Below are positions 53,573-63,423 of a DNA stretch of 64,000 bases, in pieces (positions within the stretch are counted from its first letter, which is position 1; the number at the start of each line of letters is the position of its first letter). This DNA is from Bacteroidota bacterium (GTDB lineage: Bacteria; Bacteroidota; Ignavibacteria; Kapaibacteriales; DASPKH01). Below the pieces are notes generated by a model. That model was not told the DNA's origin, made no database searches, and saw nothing but the letters and a program-made list of their open reading frames with translations. The DNA is taken from NCBI GenBank assembly GCA_040386315.1, contig JAZKFS010000020.1, forward strand, positions 4,620-68,619, written 5' to 3'. Made by a program: the position numbers and the translations under genes.

Positions 53573-56248
53573 TTATTGTTTTTCGCTTCCGAACATCATC
53601 ATTGGAGCCTGCTGCTGATTTTGCTTTCCTTCCAAAGCCAGCTTAATATCCTGCAAAATATGCTCGCGGTGCGCCGCAGTTTCTACGTCGCCGCCTTTTG
53701 CCGATGCCAGCATTTTCTGGATATTCTTAAGCGAATAGAGAGCCATGCTTTGCGAAGGATTGTCATATTGCCCCCACATAGCCCTTCCTTTTACCATGTC
53801 AATCAGGTCGCCAACGTATTCGAGCTGCAGATTCTGGCGGAATGTATTGACCGCGCTCTTCGCATCATCTTTAAAAATTGCATTCGTGAGATCAGTCATG
53901 TACTCGCCGAGAGTATATTGATTGCCATAATTTTTTGTGTCATTAATTCTTTTTAAAACAACAGGACTGGTCAGGTGCATGAGAACACCGCGCTGCATAT
54001 TCAAAGCCCGGTCATAAATTTTCGGGTCGCTGCCAACGTTGAATCCACGGCGCTGCGGCTGTAGATATGCGTATAGTCCATCCCAGCTTTTAAAAGCATC
54101 CGGCGCAAAAAGATGTTTTGAAATTGCTGTCATCGCGCGCTTCTGGTCTGCATATGGAACAGGCGTATATGGCTGGGTTGCGCCCGGCTGGCCGATCATC
54201 GAACGGTCGATATACACGCCGCCGATGTAGCGGGAAATAATTCCCGCCGCTTCAGCTTTTTGTGATGACATCCAGAAGAATGCATCACGCATGTCATGAT
54301 ATGATTTGCCGGGTTCGGAATAGCGCGTTTTTACTGTTTTTAAAAGCGTGTCAACGAACTGCATTCTTTCGACCGAATAGCTGATGGCATCGCCGGACAT
54401 ATCACCGATCATGACGCGCGGGTCTATTCCGCTGTAACCCGGAACGCGCATGTCGTCGGCATCATTTCCAAAGGTCAGCTGTGGGTCGGATGAACGTGCG
54501 AGGATTCCGGCCAGGCGAATTTTTTCCGCTTCTTCGCTTTCGCTTGCAGGCGAGTAGCCGAATTCAATTGCCCAATTGTCGTACGGCCCGGGCGTCGTTG
54601 TGAAATACTGTCCCTGGTTAGATTTGTCAAGTGCAAGGTTCACGGCAGGATAGTCCATCACCGAACCCGTTAGACCAACTTCCGCTGTGCGTGCAGCATT
54701 GTGAATATCAGCAGGCATCCAGATCTGGCTTGATTTCATGTTGTGGTTCAAGCCCATTGTGTGGCCCATTTCATGCAGTACAAGGTAGTAGAGAGATTGT
54801 TTTAAAAACTCGCTTTGCTCCACTTCAGAAAGGCTTCGCGCTTTTAAAGCCGCTTTGCCGAAAAGTGACTGCATGCGCACATAATCTCCTGCGGCGCATC
54901 CTTTGCTGTGGTTGTGGAATTTCTCGAATTCTTCATAGCTTTTAAAAGTGCCGCTTTTCATTGCATCGTAGGCATCCATGTGGGAAAGCCCCGCACGGTC
55001 AAACAGCTTTTCCGAAGCTGTGCGGTTCACCATATAGACATATTCGAGCATGATGTCAGCACCAAGGATTTGTCCCGTGCGCGGGTTTGCAAAGCTCGGG
55101 CCGTAGCCGCCAAACGGAGGATTCGGCGAAGACGTCCAGCGGAGCACATTGTAGCGAATATCGCCCGCATCCCAGTCCGCATCGTCCGGCTGCACTTTCA
55201 TCACCACCGCGTTTTTAAAACCTGCTTTTTCAAACGCTTTATTCCAAGCGTTCCCGGCGTCGATAATCGTCTGACGGAATTCCACTGGCGTTGTATTTTC
55301 CACCCACCACGTAATTGGCTCAACAGGTTCGGAAAGAGCTGCGGTCGGGTCTTTTTTCACAAGATTCCAGCGGTTGATTACATCGCGATACGGCGTAACA
55401 CTTGCTGATGTCATGTCATCAACCTGCTGTCCAAAGTATCCAACTCGCGGGTCGTCGTAGCGCGGTTTAAAATCATTTTTCGGCGCTTCAAGCAGCGTGT
55501 GCTGGACCTTTACACTCACGTAGCGGTCGTCCGTTACCTCAGAGCCGCCGCTTACCATCGGATACGGATTTTCGTACACATACTCGGAAACGACATTCGT
55601 ATTTTCAGGATAGTTTTTTAAAGAAACATATTTCGTTTTTTCGCGGCTGAGATGCCCGAGATTAAAGAACATCTGTCCCATCATTCCCGGCCACGGCGAA
55701 GGTTTGATCTGCGAGATATTTTCTGTTAAAAAGAGATCGTCCGCTTTTATCAGGAACTCAGCCTTATTAGAATCCTGCGCTGCAATTCGCTGCGACATGA
55801 ACGGCGATTTGCTGATATTCGCTCCCGCCGCTTTTGAAATCGCGTTATTCGGGTCAAAGTAGAAATTCGGATTTTCGGTTGTAAATTCAATCCGGTCATA
55901 ATATTTATTCACCGAAAAAATCTTGCTGTCGCGGTACACGCCACGGTTCAGCCACAGCGACGCAGGACCGTCAACGGTTTGGCTGAAATAAATAAACTCC
56001 TTCCCGATCTGGTCTTTTTTCACGAGCAGGTACGCCGAACCCGATACGGTGTCCTGATAAATCGTGAAAAGCCCGTCAATTTTGCGGCAGGATTTCACCG
56101 TTTCCCCGATGCTTTTCGGCTTGTCGCCCTTGCCGCCGCCCATCATGGACATATCGCCCCCGCCACCTTCGAACATAAACGGCGGCTGAGCCTGAGTAGC
56201 ACACGCGCCAAGCGACAGCGCTGCAACTATGGAAAGAAGTTTTTTCAT
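53573..56248 (-). CDS. Secreted/lipoprotein zinc metalloprotease (large HExxH family, DUF4953/DUF5117-type architecture)
   Basis: 891 aa. Lipobox-like LSLGAC. Zinc site LVLHEMGHTMGLNHN, then downstream GSVMDY. Confidence 0.8.
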   Translation of the reverse strand: MKKLLSIVAALSLGACATQAQPPFMFEGGGGDMSMMGGGKGDKPKSIGETVKSCRKIDGLFTIYQDTVSGSAYLLVKKDQIGKEFIYFSQTVDGPASLWLNRGVYRDSKIFSVNKYYDRIEFTTENPNFYFDPNNAISKAAGANISKSPFMSQRIAAQDSNKAEFLIKADDLFLTENISQIKPSPWPGMMGQMFFNLGHLSREKTKYVSLKNYPENTNVVSEYVYENPYPMVSGGSEVTDDRYVSVKVQHTLLEAPKNDFKPRYDDPRVGYFGQQVDDMTSASVTPYRDVINRWNLVKKDPTAALSEPVEPITWWVENTTPVEFRQTIIDAGNAWNKAFEKAGFKNAVVMKVQPDDADWDAGDIRYNVLRWTSSPNPPFGGYGPSFANPRTGQILGADIMLEYVYMVNRTASEKLFDRAGLSHMDAYDAMKSGTFKSYEEFEKFHNHSKGCAAGDYVRMQSLFGKAALKARSLSEVEQSEFLKQSLYYLVLHEMGHTMGLNHNMKSSQIWMPADIHNAARTAEVGLTGSVMDYPAVNLALDKSNQGQYFTTTPGPYDNWAIEFGYSPASESEEAEKIRLAGILARSSDPQLTFGNDADDMRVPGYSGIDPRVMIGDMSGDAISYSVERMQFVDTLLKTVKTRYSEPGKSYHDMRDAFFWMSSQKAEAAGIISRYIGGVYIDRSMIGQPGATQPYTPVPYADQKRAMTAISKHLFAPDAFKSWDGLYAYLQPQRRGFNVGSDPKIYDRALNMQRGVLMHLTSPVVLKRINDTKNYGNQYTLGEYMTDLTNAIFKDDAKSAVNTFRQNLQLEYVGDLIDMVKGRAMWGQYDNPSQSMALYSLKNIQKMLASAKGGDVETAAHREHILQDIKLALEGKQNQQQAPMMMFGSEKQ

Positions 56249-56259
56249 AGCGAAAACCT

Positions 56260-56380
56260 TTTTAAAAGAAATATGAAGAAGCGAAGTGTGTGGCTTTTTA
56301 AAAAACGAGCAGACGTAAAATATGAAAGAAGAGTTTTTAAAACAAATTTATTTTGTTAAATAATTGTGAATATTTTAAAA
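56260..56380. repeat. 4 TTTTAAAA copies upstream of the metalloprotease gene
   Basis: Copies start at 56260, 56296, 56335 and 56373. Confidence 0.85.
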
Positions 56381-56405
56381 ACTCTTCCCAATATCCGTAA
56401 ATATA

Positions 56406-59078
56406 TCAATCTACTAAAATTACGGAATATGTTATAGCGCTACCTGTATGCTGATTTAAAAGAGTATAGAAATATGCTCCAACCGGAAGACTGCTCATGG
56501 GAATTGCCAGCTTGCCAGAATATGCCTCCGCTGTCGTTTTAAAAACTACCTTTCCCAGAATATCAGAACAGGATATGCTGTACAAGCATTTATCTGTCGT
56601 ACTGCACTCATCCTGGAGCATAAATGTAACATTTTTGTCCGCACTTTTTGAGAATGGATTTGGATAAATGAAGCCCGCACGGAGCGTATCCTGTGGAATT
56701 TCAACATCGGTCTTTTTAAAAGTTGTTATTGGTTTTAAAATGATATTATCTGCCAATAAACTGTATTCAAAACCTTTTGGATTTTTACCGACACTTTTAA
56801 AAGTAATTGTGTGGTTACCTTTTTTAAGGAAAATACTACTGTCAATAAGAATTTCCGGTGAACGGATCGGGTGTCCGAAATCCAAATCAACATACCCGTC
56901 AAAATACGCCAATGGAATACTGTCTATTTGGATTTCATACTGTCCATAGCGTGAACCCATTGTTAAAAAGGTTGATAGTCGAAATGTATCTGTATCGGGA
57001 AGGGAAAATATAAAGGTGACATGTCCTCCACTATCCGGATAAAAAAAGAAAGCATTTTGTTGACTCCACTTTTCGTAACTCCAGTAGCCCAAACTAGTAC
57101 TCGGCTCTCCAACTCCCGATACCATTTCCTTTACGGTCATGTCTTCTATTTCATAATTAAGGGTTCTCGTTTTAAAAAATGTATTAAGGGAAAGTACTGT
57201 AAGGCCATTGGAAGTCACACCTTCAACATGGTAATATCCTGTGTCAATTTGTGGGATCGTAACATATGTTTGAAAAGAATACGAGGAATCAGCCTTTGCA
57301 GAGCCACAATGAATTCCATTTACATACAGCTTAATATTTTCATTAAGTGCAAATCCTTTCCCGATTATAGCTAAGGTATCACCGTGATATAACCCATGAG
57401 GCAATGAATCCTTACGGCAATACATAAGAGGGCTATTTAATATCGCAATCTTATGTGTGTATTTTTCATTATTAATTTCAAGATCATATAATCCGGCTTT
57501 AAAAATATCTGAGACTGTTGTAGTAATTTTAAAAGCTCCTTTGTCATCACACTGAGCTGAAAATATTTCTACTCCATTAAGTTTTCCTATTACCTGCTCC
57601 TGAAAATCATATCCACTCCCGGCAATTTGCCATGTCTGGTCAGATACAATTGTATCGGTGTTAGTCCAGTAGCGCGTCCATTGTTTATAAAATAATCCAA
57701 CAGTTCTATAAGGCGCCGGAAAATCGTTACTTACTCCATGTTCCCAATCTATATCCAAGGACTTTTTAAAATCAATAGCATCCAGGCAATGAAACCTGTA
57801 CATAAATTTTAAATGTGTCGGGCAGCCGGCAAATGGTAGTGCAAATGCCCCATCAAAAAAATACCATCCACCATTGAAATAATCTTCTGTGCCCGGATAT
57901 TCCATATAATTTTTAGGCATTGAATCTATGGTGATGTGTGGATTGCCTTCGAGATACGTTGGAAGGTTTTTGCCTTTTTGACGGACATCCATGATAGTTC
58001 CTATGTACCGTCCTTGTCCTCTTGTCTTGGCAACCTGATGATAAACTTTATATTTTGCCTTATCTATGGAATTAAATTGAGCAAAGAAATATCCGTGCTT
58101 TTGTATATCAATTTTTTTATCAAAGTATTCAACCTTACTTTCAATTTTAACATTTTTCCTACCTCTGTTAATAAGACGGAGATGAGCATTAACAGCAAAT
58201 GGCATGGGAAAATAAGCAGTAAGGCCTGAATCTATAGAAGCATGGATATAGTATGATGTAATATTGCGCAGACTATCCGATACCAAAAAGAAATCACTGA
58301 CCGGAACATCTACGGCAGGATACGGCGAATTATCCCAGAAGATCTGCAAAATCAGGCTATCTGCTATTAAATCTTTGTAACTATCTAATTTCAGATGTAT
58401 AGCGCTAATGATTCCACTTTTATTAATATCTGCTAATAGTAGCGTATCTGAGTATTTCATAGATTTTGATTGGATAGCGGAAGCCATCTCTACACTATAC
58501 TCAGGTTGTCTCCTTTCCCATGCATCTTCGGCTATTTTCTGCTGTAGCGCTAGTTCCGTTGTAGTATCCATGGTAAAGCGAGGGGGCGTTATCTCAAGTG
58601 GTAAAGGGCGCCATGAAACAGCCCAGAACAAACACCAGGGCGGTGAGTTTGATGTAATATAAATACGGAACTTACTTTGGTATGCCATCTGCACATTACA
58701 TATTATTCCTCCCGACATCATTGTATCTAAAGGTGCTCGGAGTAACCCGTGATTATTTTTTGAAAACAAATCTAATGTTTCTGAAATAACAAGTTTATCA
58801 TCAATCCAGATATTTATAGTGTCATCTAATATCACACCGGGATTTGTCCAATCGAAAGTAAGCCATATATGAGTTATTATCCCCGAGCCCGAATCCTGTA
58901 TATTACGCGCACTCGGGCTTATTCCGCTTGAAAATTTCTGCGGATACAGCGAATCAATATAGGTAATGGCCAATGGGTCGGTAAGGCGCTGATACGGATT
59001 GATTTGTCCATAAAGAGCACAAGAAGTGAAATACAGGAATGCAGTAAGGCATATTTGCCGGATACATTTATTTTTCAT
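56406..59078 (-). CDS. DUF2961 (GH172-like) domain protein with a T9SS C-terminal sorting domain
   Basis: ORF listed to 59120. The likely start is MKNKCIRQICLTAFLYFTSCALYGQ at 59078. LEGNPHITIDS...EYPGTEDYFNGGWYF resembles the DUF2961 core. Tail YPNPFSKSADKNVTF...GAYFYTLLN...VILVD. Confidence 0.65.
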   Translation of the reverse strand: MKNKCIRQICLTAFLYFTSCALYGQINPYQRLTDPLAITYIDSLYPQKFSSGISPSARNIQDSGSGIITHIWLTFDWTNPGVILDDTINIWIDDKLVISETLDLFSKNNHGLLRAPLDTMMSGGIICNVQMAYQSKFRIYITSNSPPWCLFWAVSWRPLPLEITPPRFTMDTTTELALQQKIAEDAWERRQPEYSVEMASAIQSKSMKYSDTLLLADINKSGIISAIHLKLDSYKDLIADSLILQIFWDNSPYPAVDVPVSDFFLVSDSLRNITSYYIHASIDSGLTAYFPMPFAVNAHLRLINRGRKNVKIESKVEYFDKKIDIQKHGYFFAQFNSIDKAKYKVYHQVAKTRGQGRYIGTIMDVRQKGKNLPTYLEGNPHITIDSMPKNYMEYPGTEDYFNGGWYFFDGAFALPFAGCPTHLKFMYRFHCLDAIDFKKSLDIDWEHGVSNDFPAPYRTVGLFYKQWTRYWTNTDTIVSDQTWQIAGSGYDFQEQVIGKLNGVEIFSAQCDDKGAFKITTTVSDIFKAGLYDLEINNEKYTHKIAILNSPLMYCRKDSLPHGLYHGDTLAIIGKGFALNENIKLYVNGIHCGSAKADSSYSFQTYVTIPQIDTGYYHVEGVTSNGLTVLSLNTFFKTRTLNYEIEDMTVKEMVSGVGEPSTSLGYWSYEKWSQQNAFFFYPDSGGHVTFIFSLPDTDTFRLSTFLTMGSRYGQYEIQIDSIPLAYFDGYVDLDFGHPIRSPEILIDSSIFLKKGNHTITFKSVGKNPKGFEYSLLADNIILKPITTFKKTDVEIPQDTLRAGFIYPNPFSKSADKNVTFMLQDECSTTDKCLYSISCSDILGKVVFKTTAEAYSGKLAIPMSSLPVGAYFYTLLNQHTGSAITYSVILVD

Positions 59079-59092
59079 TGAGATTAGCGTGC

Positions 59093-59227
59093 TTTTAAAA
59101 GAAGTAGAGATAAGCTGCAAGATATGAAATAGTTTTTAAAAACCAATATTCCAGAACTCTTTTTAAAAGCCGATTCAGCTATTTCTCATAATTTTGCTTT
59201 TAAAACGTCACTGCATTCTTTTAAAAA
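59093..59227. repeat. 5 TTTTAAAA copies in a divergent promoter region (DUF2961 gene / prfC)
   Basis: Copies start at 59093, 59134, 59162, 59199 and 59220. Confidence 0.85.
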
Positions 59228-59247
59228 CCACCTGACTCTAAACCCAA

Positions 59248-60825
59248 ATGTCACAACTCGATAAAGAAATTTCACGCCGCCGGACTGTTGCTATCATCTC
59301 ACACCCGGATGCGGGGAAAACCACGCTCACGGAAAAGCTGCTTTTATATTCCGGCGCAATCCATACAGCCGGAAACGTAACAGGCGGAAAGCGCACCACA
59401 ACGACGTCTGACTGGATGGCTATTGAGCAGCAGCGCGGGATTTCGGTATCGTCGAGTGCAATGCGTGTGGAGTATGGCGATGTACTTTTAAATATCCTCG
59501 ATACGCCGGGTCACCAGGATTTTTCCGAGGATACATACCGAACACTGATGGCAGTGGACTGCGCGATAATGCTTCTGGACGCGGGGCGTGGTGTGCAGGA
59601 GCAGACCATTAAGCTTTTTAAAGTGTGCCGCGACCGTGGGATTCCGATTATCACGTTCATCAATAAAATGGACAGGCCGGCGCTTGACCCGTTCGAGCTG
59701 CTGGATAATGTTGAAAAAGTGCTGGGCATTACGGCTGTTCCGCTGACGTGGCCGGTGGGCGACGGGCCGCAGTTCCGCGGTGTGTACGAGCGTAGCGACA
59801 AACGTTTTCACCTGTTTGAAAAAACGACGGGCGGTATGTATAAAGCGCCAGTTTCGATCTCGGACATTAATGATGAATATATCAAAAATCTGCTTGGCGG
59901 AACGGCTCACGCAAAGCTACTTGAAGATTTGGAAATGATCGAGCACGTGCTCCCGCCATTTGATATGGAAGCGTTTTTAAAAGCGGAAATCACGCCGGTT
60001 TTCTGGGGAAGCGCGATTACGAATTTCGGCGTTGAAAGCTTTTTGCAGCATTTAATTGACCTTGCGCCACCGCCGCAGCCTTTAAATTCTTCCGCCGGAA
60101 AAATTGAACCGGAAAAGGATTTCTTTTCAGCATTTGTCTATAAAGTGCAGGCAAATATGAATAAATCGCACCGCGACAGGATTTCCTTTGTGCGAGTAAT
60201 CTCTGGCAGATTCGAGCGCGGCATGACGGTGAAGCACCCGCGTTCCGGCAAGGAAGTGAAATTGAATTACCCGTTCCAGCTATTCGGACAAGACCGTGAA
60301 ATCCTTGATGAAGCATTTCCCGGCGACGTAATGGGTTTGACGAATCCGGGATTATTCTCTGTTGGCGATGTAGTCACGAGCGGACAGGAATTTTCCATTC
60401 CGCATTTTCCGCGTTTCGCACCGGAGATTTTCGCGCGTGTATATCCGGCGAGCCATTCCTACAGCAAGTCTTTCCGTAAAGGGATTGAGCAGCTCGGCGA
60501 GGAAGGCGTTATCCAGATTTTTACCGATGCAGAAGGCAGCCCATCGCCGCTTGTCGCCGCCGTTGGTGAACTCCAGTTACAGGTTTTCACGTGGCGAATG
60601 GAAGCTGAATATAATGAGAAAGTGACGTTGGAAAGATTGCCATTTACGCGCACGCGCTGGCTGGGTTCTGATGTTCGCCCGGCCACGGCTACGACAATCG
60701 CTTATGACGAAAAAGGCCGCGCGGTTGCACTTTTTAAAAGCGACTGGGAAATGGCGTATGCAGTGGAACGCACTCCGGGATTGGTTTTACTTGAAACGCC
60801 GCAGCAGGAAGAAGTTGTAAAGTAG
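59248..60825 (+). CDS. prfC: Peptide chain release factor 3 (GTPase)
   Basis: RRTVAIISHPDAGKTTLTEKLLL, DTPGHQDF, NKMDR. Length is 525 aa. Confidence 0.95.
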   Translation: MSQLDKEISRRRTVAIISHPDAGKTTLTEKLLLYSGAIHTAGNVTGGKRTTTTSDWMAIEQQRGISVSSSAMRVEYGDVLLNILDTPGHQDFSEDTYRTLMAVDCAIMLLDAGRGVQEQTIKLFKVCRDRGIPIITFINKMDRPALDPFELLDNVEKVLGITAVPLTWPVGDGPQFRGVYERSDKRFHLFEKTTGGMYKAPVSISDINDEYIKNLLGGTAHAKLLEDLEMIEHVLPPFDMEAFLKAEITPVFWGSAITNFGVESFLQHLIDLAPPPQPLNSSAGKIEPEKDFFSAFVYKVQANMNKSHRDRISFVRVISGRFERGMTVKHPRSGKEVKLNYPFQLFGQDREILDEAFPGDVMGLTNPGLFSVGDVVTSGQEFSIPHFPRFAPEIFARVYPASHSYSKSFRKGIEQLGEEGVIQIFTDAEGSPSPLVAAVGELQLQVFTWRMEAEYNEKVTLERLPFTRTRWLGSDVRPATATTIAYDEKGRAVALFKSDWEMAYAVERTPGLVLLETPQQEEVVK

Positions 60826-60877
60826 TTTTGAGTGGTAAGTGTTTAGTTTTAAATTTTGTTTAAATATGTTTTTAAAA

Positions 60878-61693
60878 CTATTCTTTCTCAAAAAAGTAAT
60901 CGGTTTTGCTCGGTAATTGGCGGCTTTTAAAACCAAATTTTTTCATGTACTCCAGGATTTGCGGCTTCTCTGTCTGATCATGAAGTATTTCACATACGAT
61001 CCGCATTCGCTTATTCTCTGCCAGCAGGTTTTTCATTCCTTTTAAAACTTCAAGTTCGTGGCCTTCCACATCAATTTTTATCAGGTCAATTTCACCCGTC
61101 GCGACATTATTTTCTTTTAAAAATTCATCAATTGAGATCGTTGGAATGGTAAGTGTCTGAGCGCTCTTCGTACTATCGGAAACAATTTTTGACATGCTCG
61201 AATTTGTCGCCGATATTTCAAATGTCATCTCTCCTTTGGCCGATGAAACTCCTTTATTGACCGCAACAACTTTATCGGACATCGCATTCAGCGCAATATT
61301 CTGTGTCAGATATGTATACGGTTCGGGCGTTGGCTCAAAAGCATACGCCTTTTGTGCGGTTTTTCCGGCAACAATGCTCCACTTACCGATATGCGCGCCA
61401 ATATCCAGGAAAACTCCCCGGCAGCTTTTAAAAATCTCCGCCAAACCCTCTTCGTGCATCGGATTTATGCTGTAATCATAATCTGAATGCGACTTTATTT
61501 TCCATTTTCCCAGGTTATTTTGGAGGATGTAATCTTCTTTAAAAAGATACGGAAGTGGAAGTTTGGTTTTAAAAGTTTTATTGATGAGCAGGACAGGGAT
61601 TTTTACAAACTTCTCCAGCGCATATTTAATTTTAAAAGGCAGCGGAGCGTTGATCTCTTTAAAAATATAGGTAAGATAATCCGGCAGGTTCAT
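60878..61693 (-). CDS. FkbM-family methyltransferase
   Basis: The ORF is listed from a TTG at 61762; the first ATG (MNLPDYL) is at 61693. VFLDIGAHIGKWS...AYAFEP...IDLIKIDVEGHELEVLKG. Confidence 0.8.
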   Translation of the reverse strand: MNLPDYLTYIFKEINAPLPFKIKYALEKFVKIPVLLINKTFKTKLPLPYLFKEDYILQNNLGKWKIKSHSDYDYSINPMHEEGLAEIFKSCRGVFLDIGAHIGKWSIVAGKTAQKAYAFEPTPEPYTYLTQNIALNAMSDKVVAVNKGVSSAKGEMTFEISATNSSMSKIVSDSTKSAQTLTIPTISIDEFLKENNVATGEIDLIKIDVEGHELEVLKGMKNLLAENKRMRIVCEILHDQTEKPQILEYMKKFGFKSRQLPSKTDYFFEKE

Positions 61694-61778
61694 AGACGAA
61701 GTTTTTTTTAAGCACAAAGAATTAATTCGGAGCAAAGTTAACCATAAAAATTCAACACTCAAAACTCACCATTCAAAA

Positions 61779-62735
61779 CTACTCCCACGTATAGCCGATC
61801 ATCAGCCGGAGTCCTGCGAAATACTGCCGCCAGTTTGCATCTTTTAAAATTGATGTCTGCGGGAGAATTGCACACACCTCAGCGCTTGCAGTAACAGGCC
61901 CAAGTGTACCGCCCCAGCCGATGGCAACATCATAGGCATACCGAAAGCTATTGAGTTCGCTTAGGCGAACATCATTCATGAGTTGCACGGTATCTCTATC
62001 ATTGGCATAGCGCAGTTCGTCTTTTGCGTTAGCGATCTGTACATATTGTGTTGTGCTGCTGTACAGAGCGTAGTATCCCGTCACTCCGCCATAAAGATAA
62101 TAATATGAGGCCAGCCCGCCAAACTCTGTCGCGCTCAGGAATGCTCCATAAATGGGAAGCGTAAATCCGGCTGAACCTTTTAAAAGATATTCATTCATGG
62201 CAATAACGCTAACTTCCTTCAAAGGCTGCCGGTGGCCTGCAAGGTCAAGATATTCGCGCGATTCGTCATTTGAAAACAGCATGGAATTGTTATGATCAAA
62301 TCCTGCGCCCAAACGGATAATACCCGGAAATGGGAGGTAACGCTGATATGCCAAACCGTAGTGTATTGTTTCGTGTTCAGGAAATTCATCATTCCGTTCT
62401 TTGCTGCCGGGTTCTATAAATTCCCGCTGCTCATCGCTTGTAAATGCATCAAAATTTGTGAACGGATATTTTGTATTTTTAAAGCTTTTCGAGCGGATAT
62501 CATGCGCCCGCTCTATGTAAAAATTAGGCCAGGCCGAACTGCCTCCTGCATAGAATATCGTCTGCCCCGGGCTTGGCGTTGGGAACCAACCTTTTGAATA
62601 ATGCCCGATCAGGTCGCTTTCAAATTCAAAATTTTCAGGATACAAGCCCTCTTCGTCTGTTGTGTCCTGCGCTTTTAAAAACGTCGTAGCGGCAAATATC
62701 AGCAGAATTATTTTTAAAACGCTTTTAAAAATCAT
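61779..62735 (-). CDS. Hypothetical outer-membrane protein
   Basis: ORF listed to 62798. The likely start is MIFKSVLKIILLIFAATTFLKAQ at 62735, directly after the upstream stop. G/Y/A-rich strand-like C-terminal half ending ...LMIGYTWE. Confidence 0.5.
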   Translation of the reverse strand: MIFKSVLKIILLIFAATTFLKAQDTTDEEGLYPENFEFESDLIGHYSKGWFPTPSPGQTIFYAGGSSAWPNFYIERAHDIRSKSFKNTKYPFTNFDAFTSDEQREFIEPGSKERNDEFPEHETIHYGLAYQRYLPFPGIIRLGAGFDHNNSMLFSNDESREYLDLAGHRQPLKEVSVIAMNEYLLKGSAGFTLPIYGAFLSATEFGGLASYYYLYGGVTGYYALYSSTTQYVQIANAKDELRYANDRDTVQLMNDVRLSELNSFRYAYDVAIGWGGTLGPVTASAEVCAILPQTSILKDANWRQYFAGLRLMIGYTWE

Positions 62736-62737
62736 CT

Positions 62738-63421
62738 TCACGGGATCACCATCATCTGTTGAAGCGCTTCGCCGGAATTCGTGAAGAGCCGCACCCAATA
62801 CACACCCGCCGCAAAATTCACATCCGGAATAATTGAAAATGTATGAATCGTTGCTGTCTGCTCGCCAAGGTCTTTTAAAAGAATTTCTTTTCCCAAAAGC
62901 GTATAAAAACCAAACGTAACATTTGACGTTTTATCAAGCCGGTACGCCCACGTAATTTCCTGCCCGCGCGATGCCGGATTTGGAAAACCCTCTATCAATG
63001 TTGCGGGGCGAATGTATGGTAGTGGCGCACCAATTGATTCCGTGATAATTATTCCTTTAAAATCGCTCACCGCAATTCCGTCGATCGTCACATTTTTAAA
63101 AGAAATCTCACACACGGAATCCGAACCCGCAAGCGCTTCCCCTTTTAAAAATATCGTGTCGCGTGCCGAAAAACTGAACGAATAGACAGAATCATTTTCC
63201 CTTTTTAAAACAACAGAATCTGCTTTTAAAAACTCTTCGGGATAAAAAACCGTTGGATTGCTGAGCAAAAACTGTCCGGAAATTTTCACAATTTCCTCGT
63301 CAGGTTTATCAACGATCAGGCGCAATTCCACCTTCTCGCCAACGATCCCGTGCGCCGTATCAGACTGCGCGAATGCAAAAGTTTTTAAAAGGAAAAAACT
63401 AAAAAGTATTATTTTTTTCAT
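62738..63421 (-). CDS. Small T9SS-tail secreted protein with a cohesin-like body
   Basis: 227 aa. Signal peptide MKKIILFSFFLLKTFAFAQ. VELRLIVDKP...ISGQFLLSNPTVFYPEEF. Tail FPNPASRGQEITWAY...AGVYWVRLF...MMVIP. Confidence 0.7.
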   Translation of the reverse strand: MKKIILFSFFLLKTFAFAQSDTAHGIVGEKVELRLIVDKPDEEIVKISGQFLLSNPTVFYPEEFLKADSVVLKRENDSVYSFSFSARDTIFLKGEALAGSDSVCEISFKNVTIDGIAVSDFKGIIITESIGAPLPYIRPATLIEGFPNPASRGQEITWAYRLDKTSNVTFGFYTLLGKEILLKDLGEQTATIHTFSIIPDVNFAAGVYWVRLFTNSGEALQQMMVIP

Positions 63422-63423
63422 GC

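Noticed and set aside
53543-55408. Several plus-strand ORFs (63-166 aa) across the metalloprotease gene.
   Set aside because: They are antisense to an 891-aa CDS that has an intact HEMGH zinc site.
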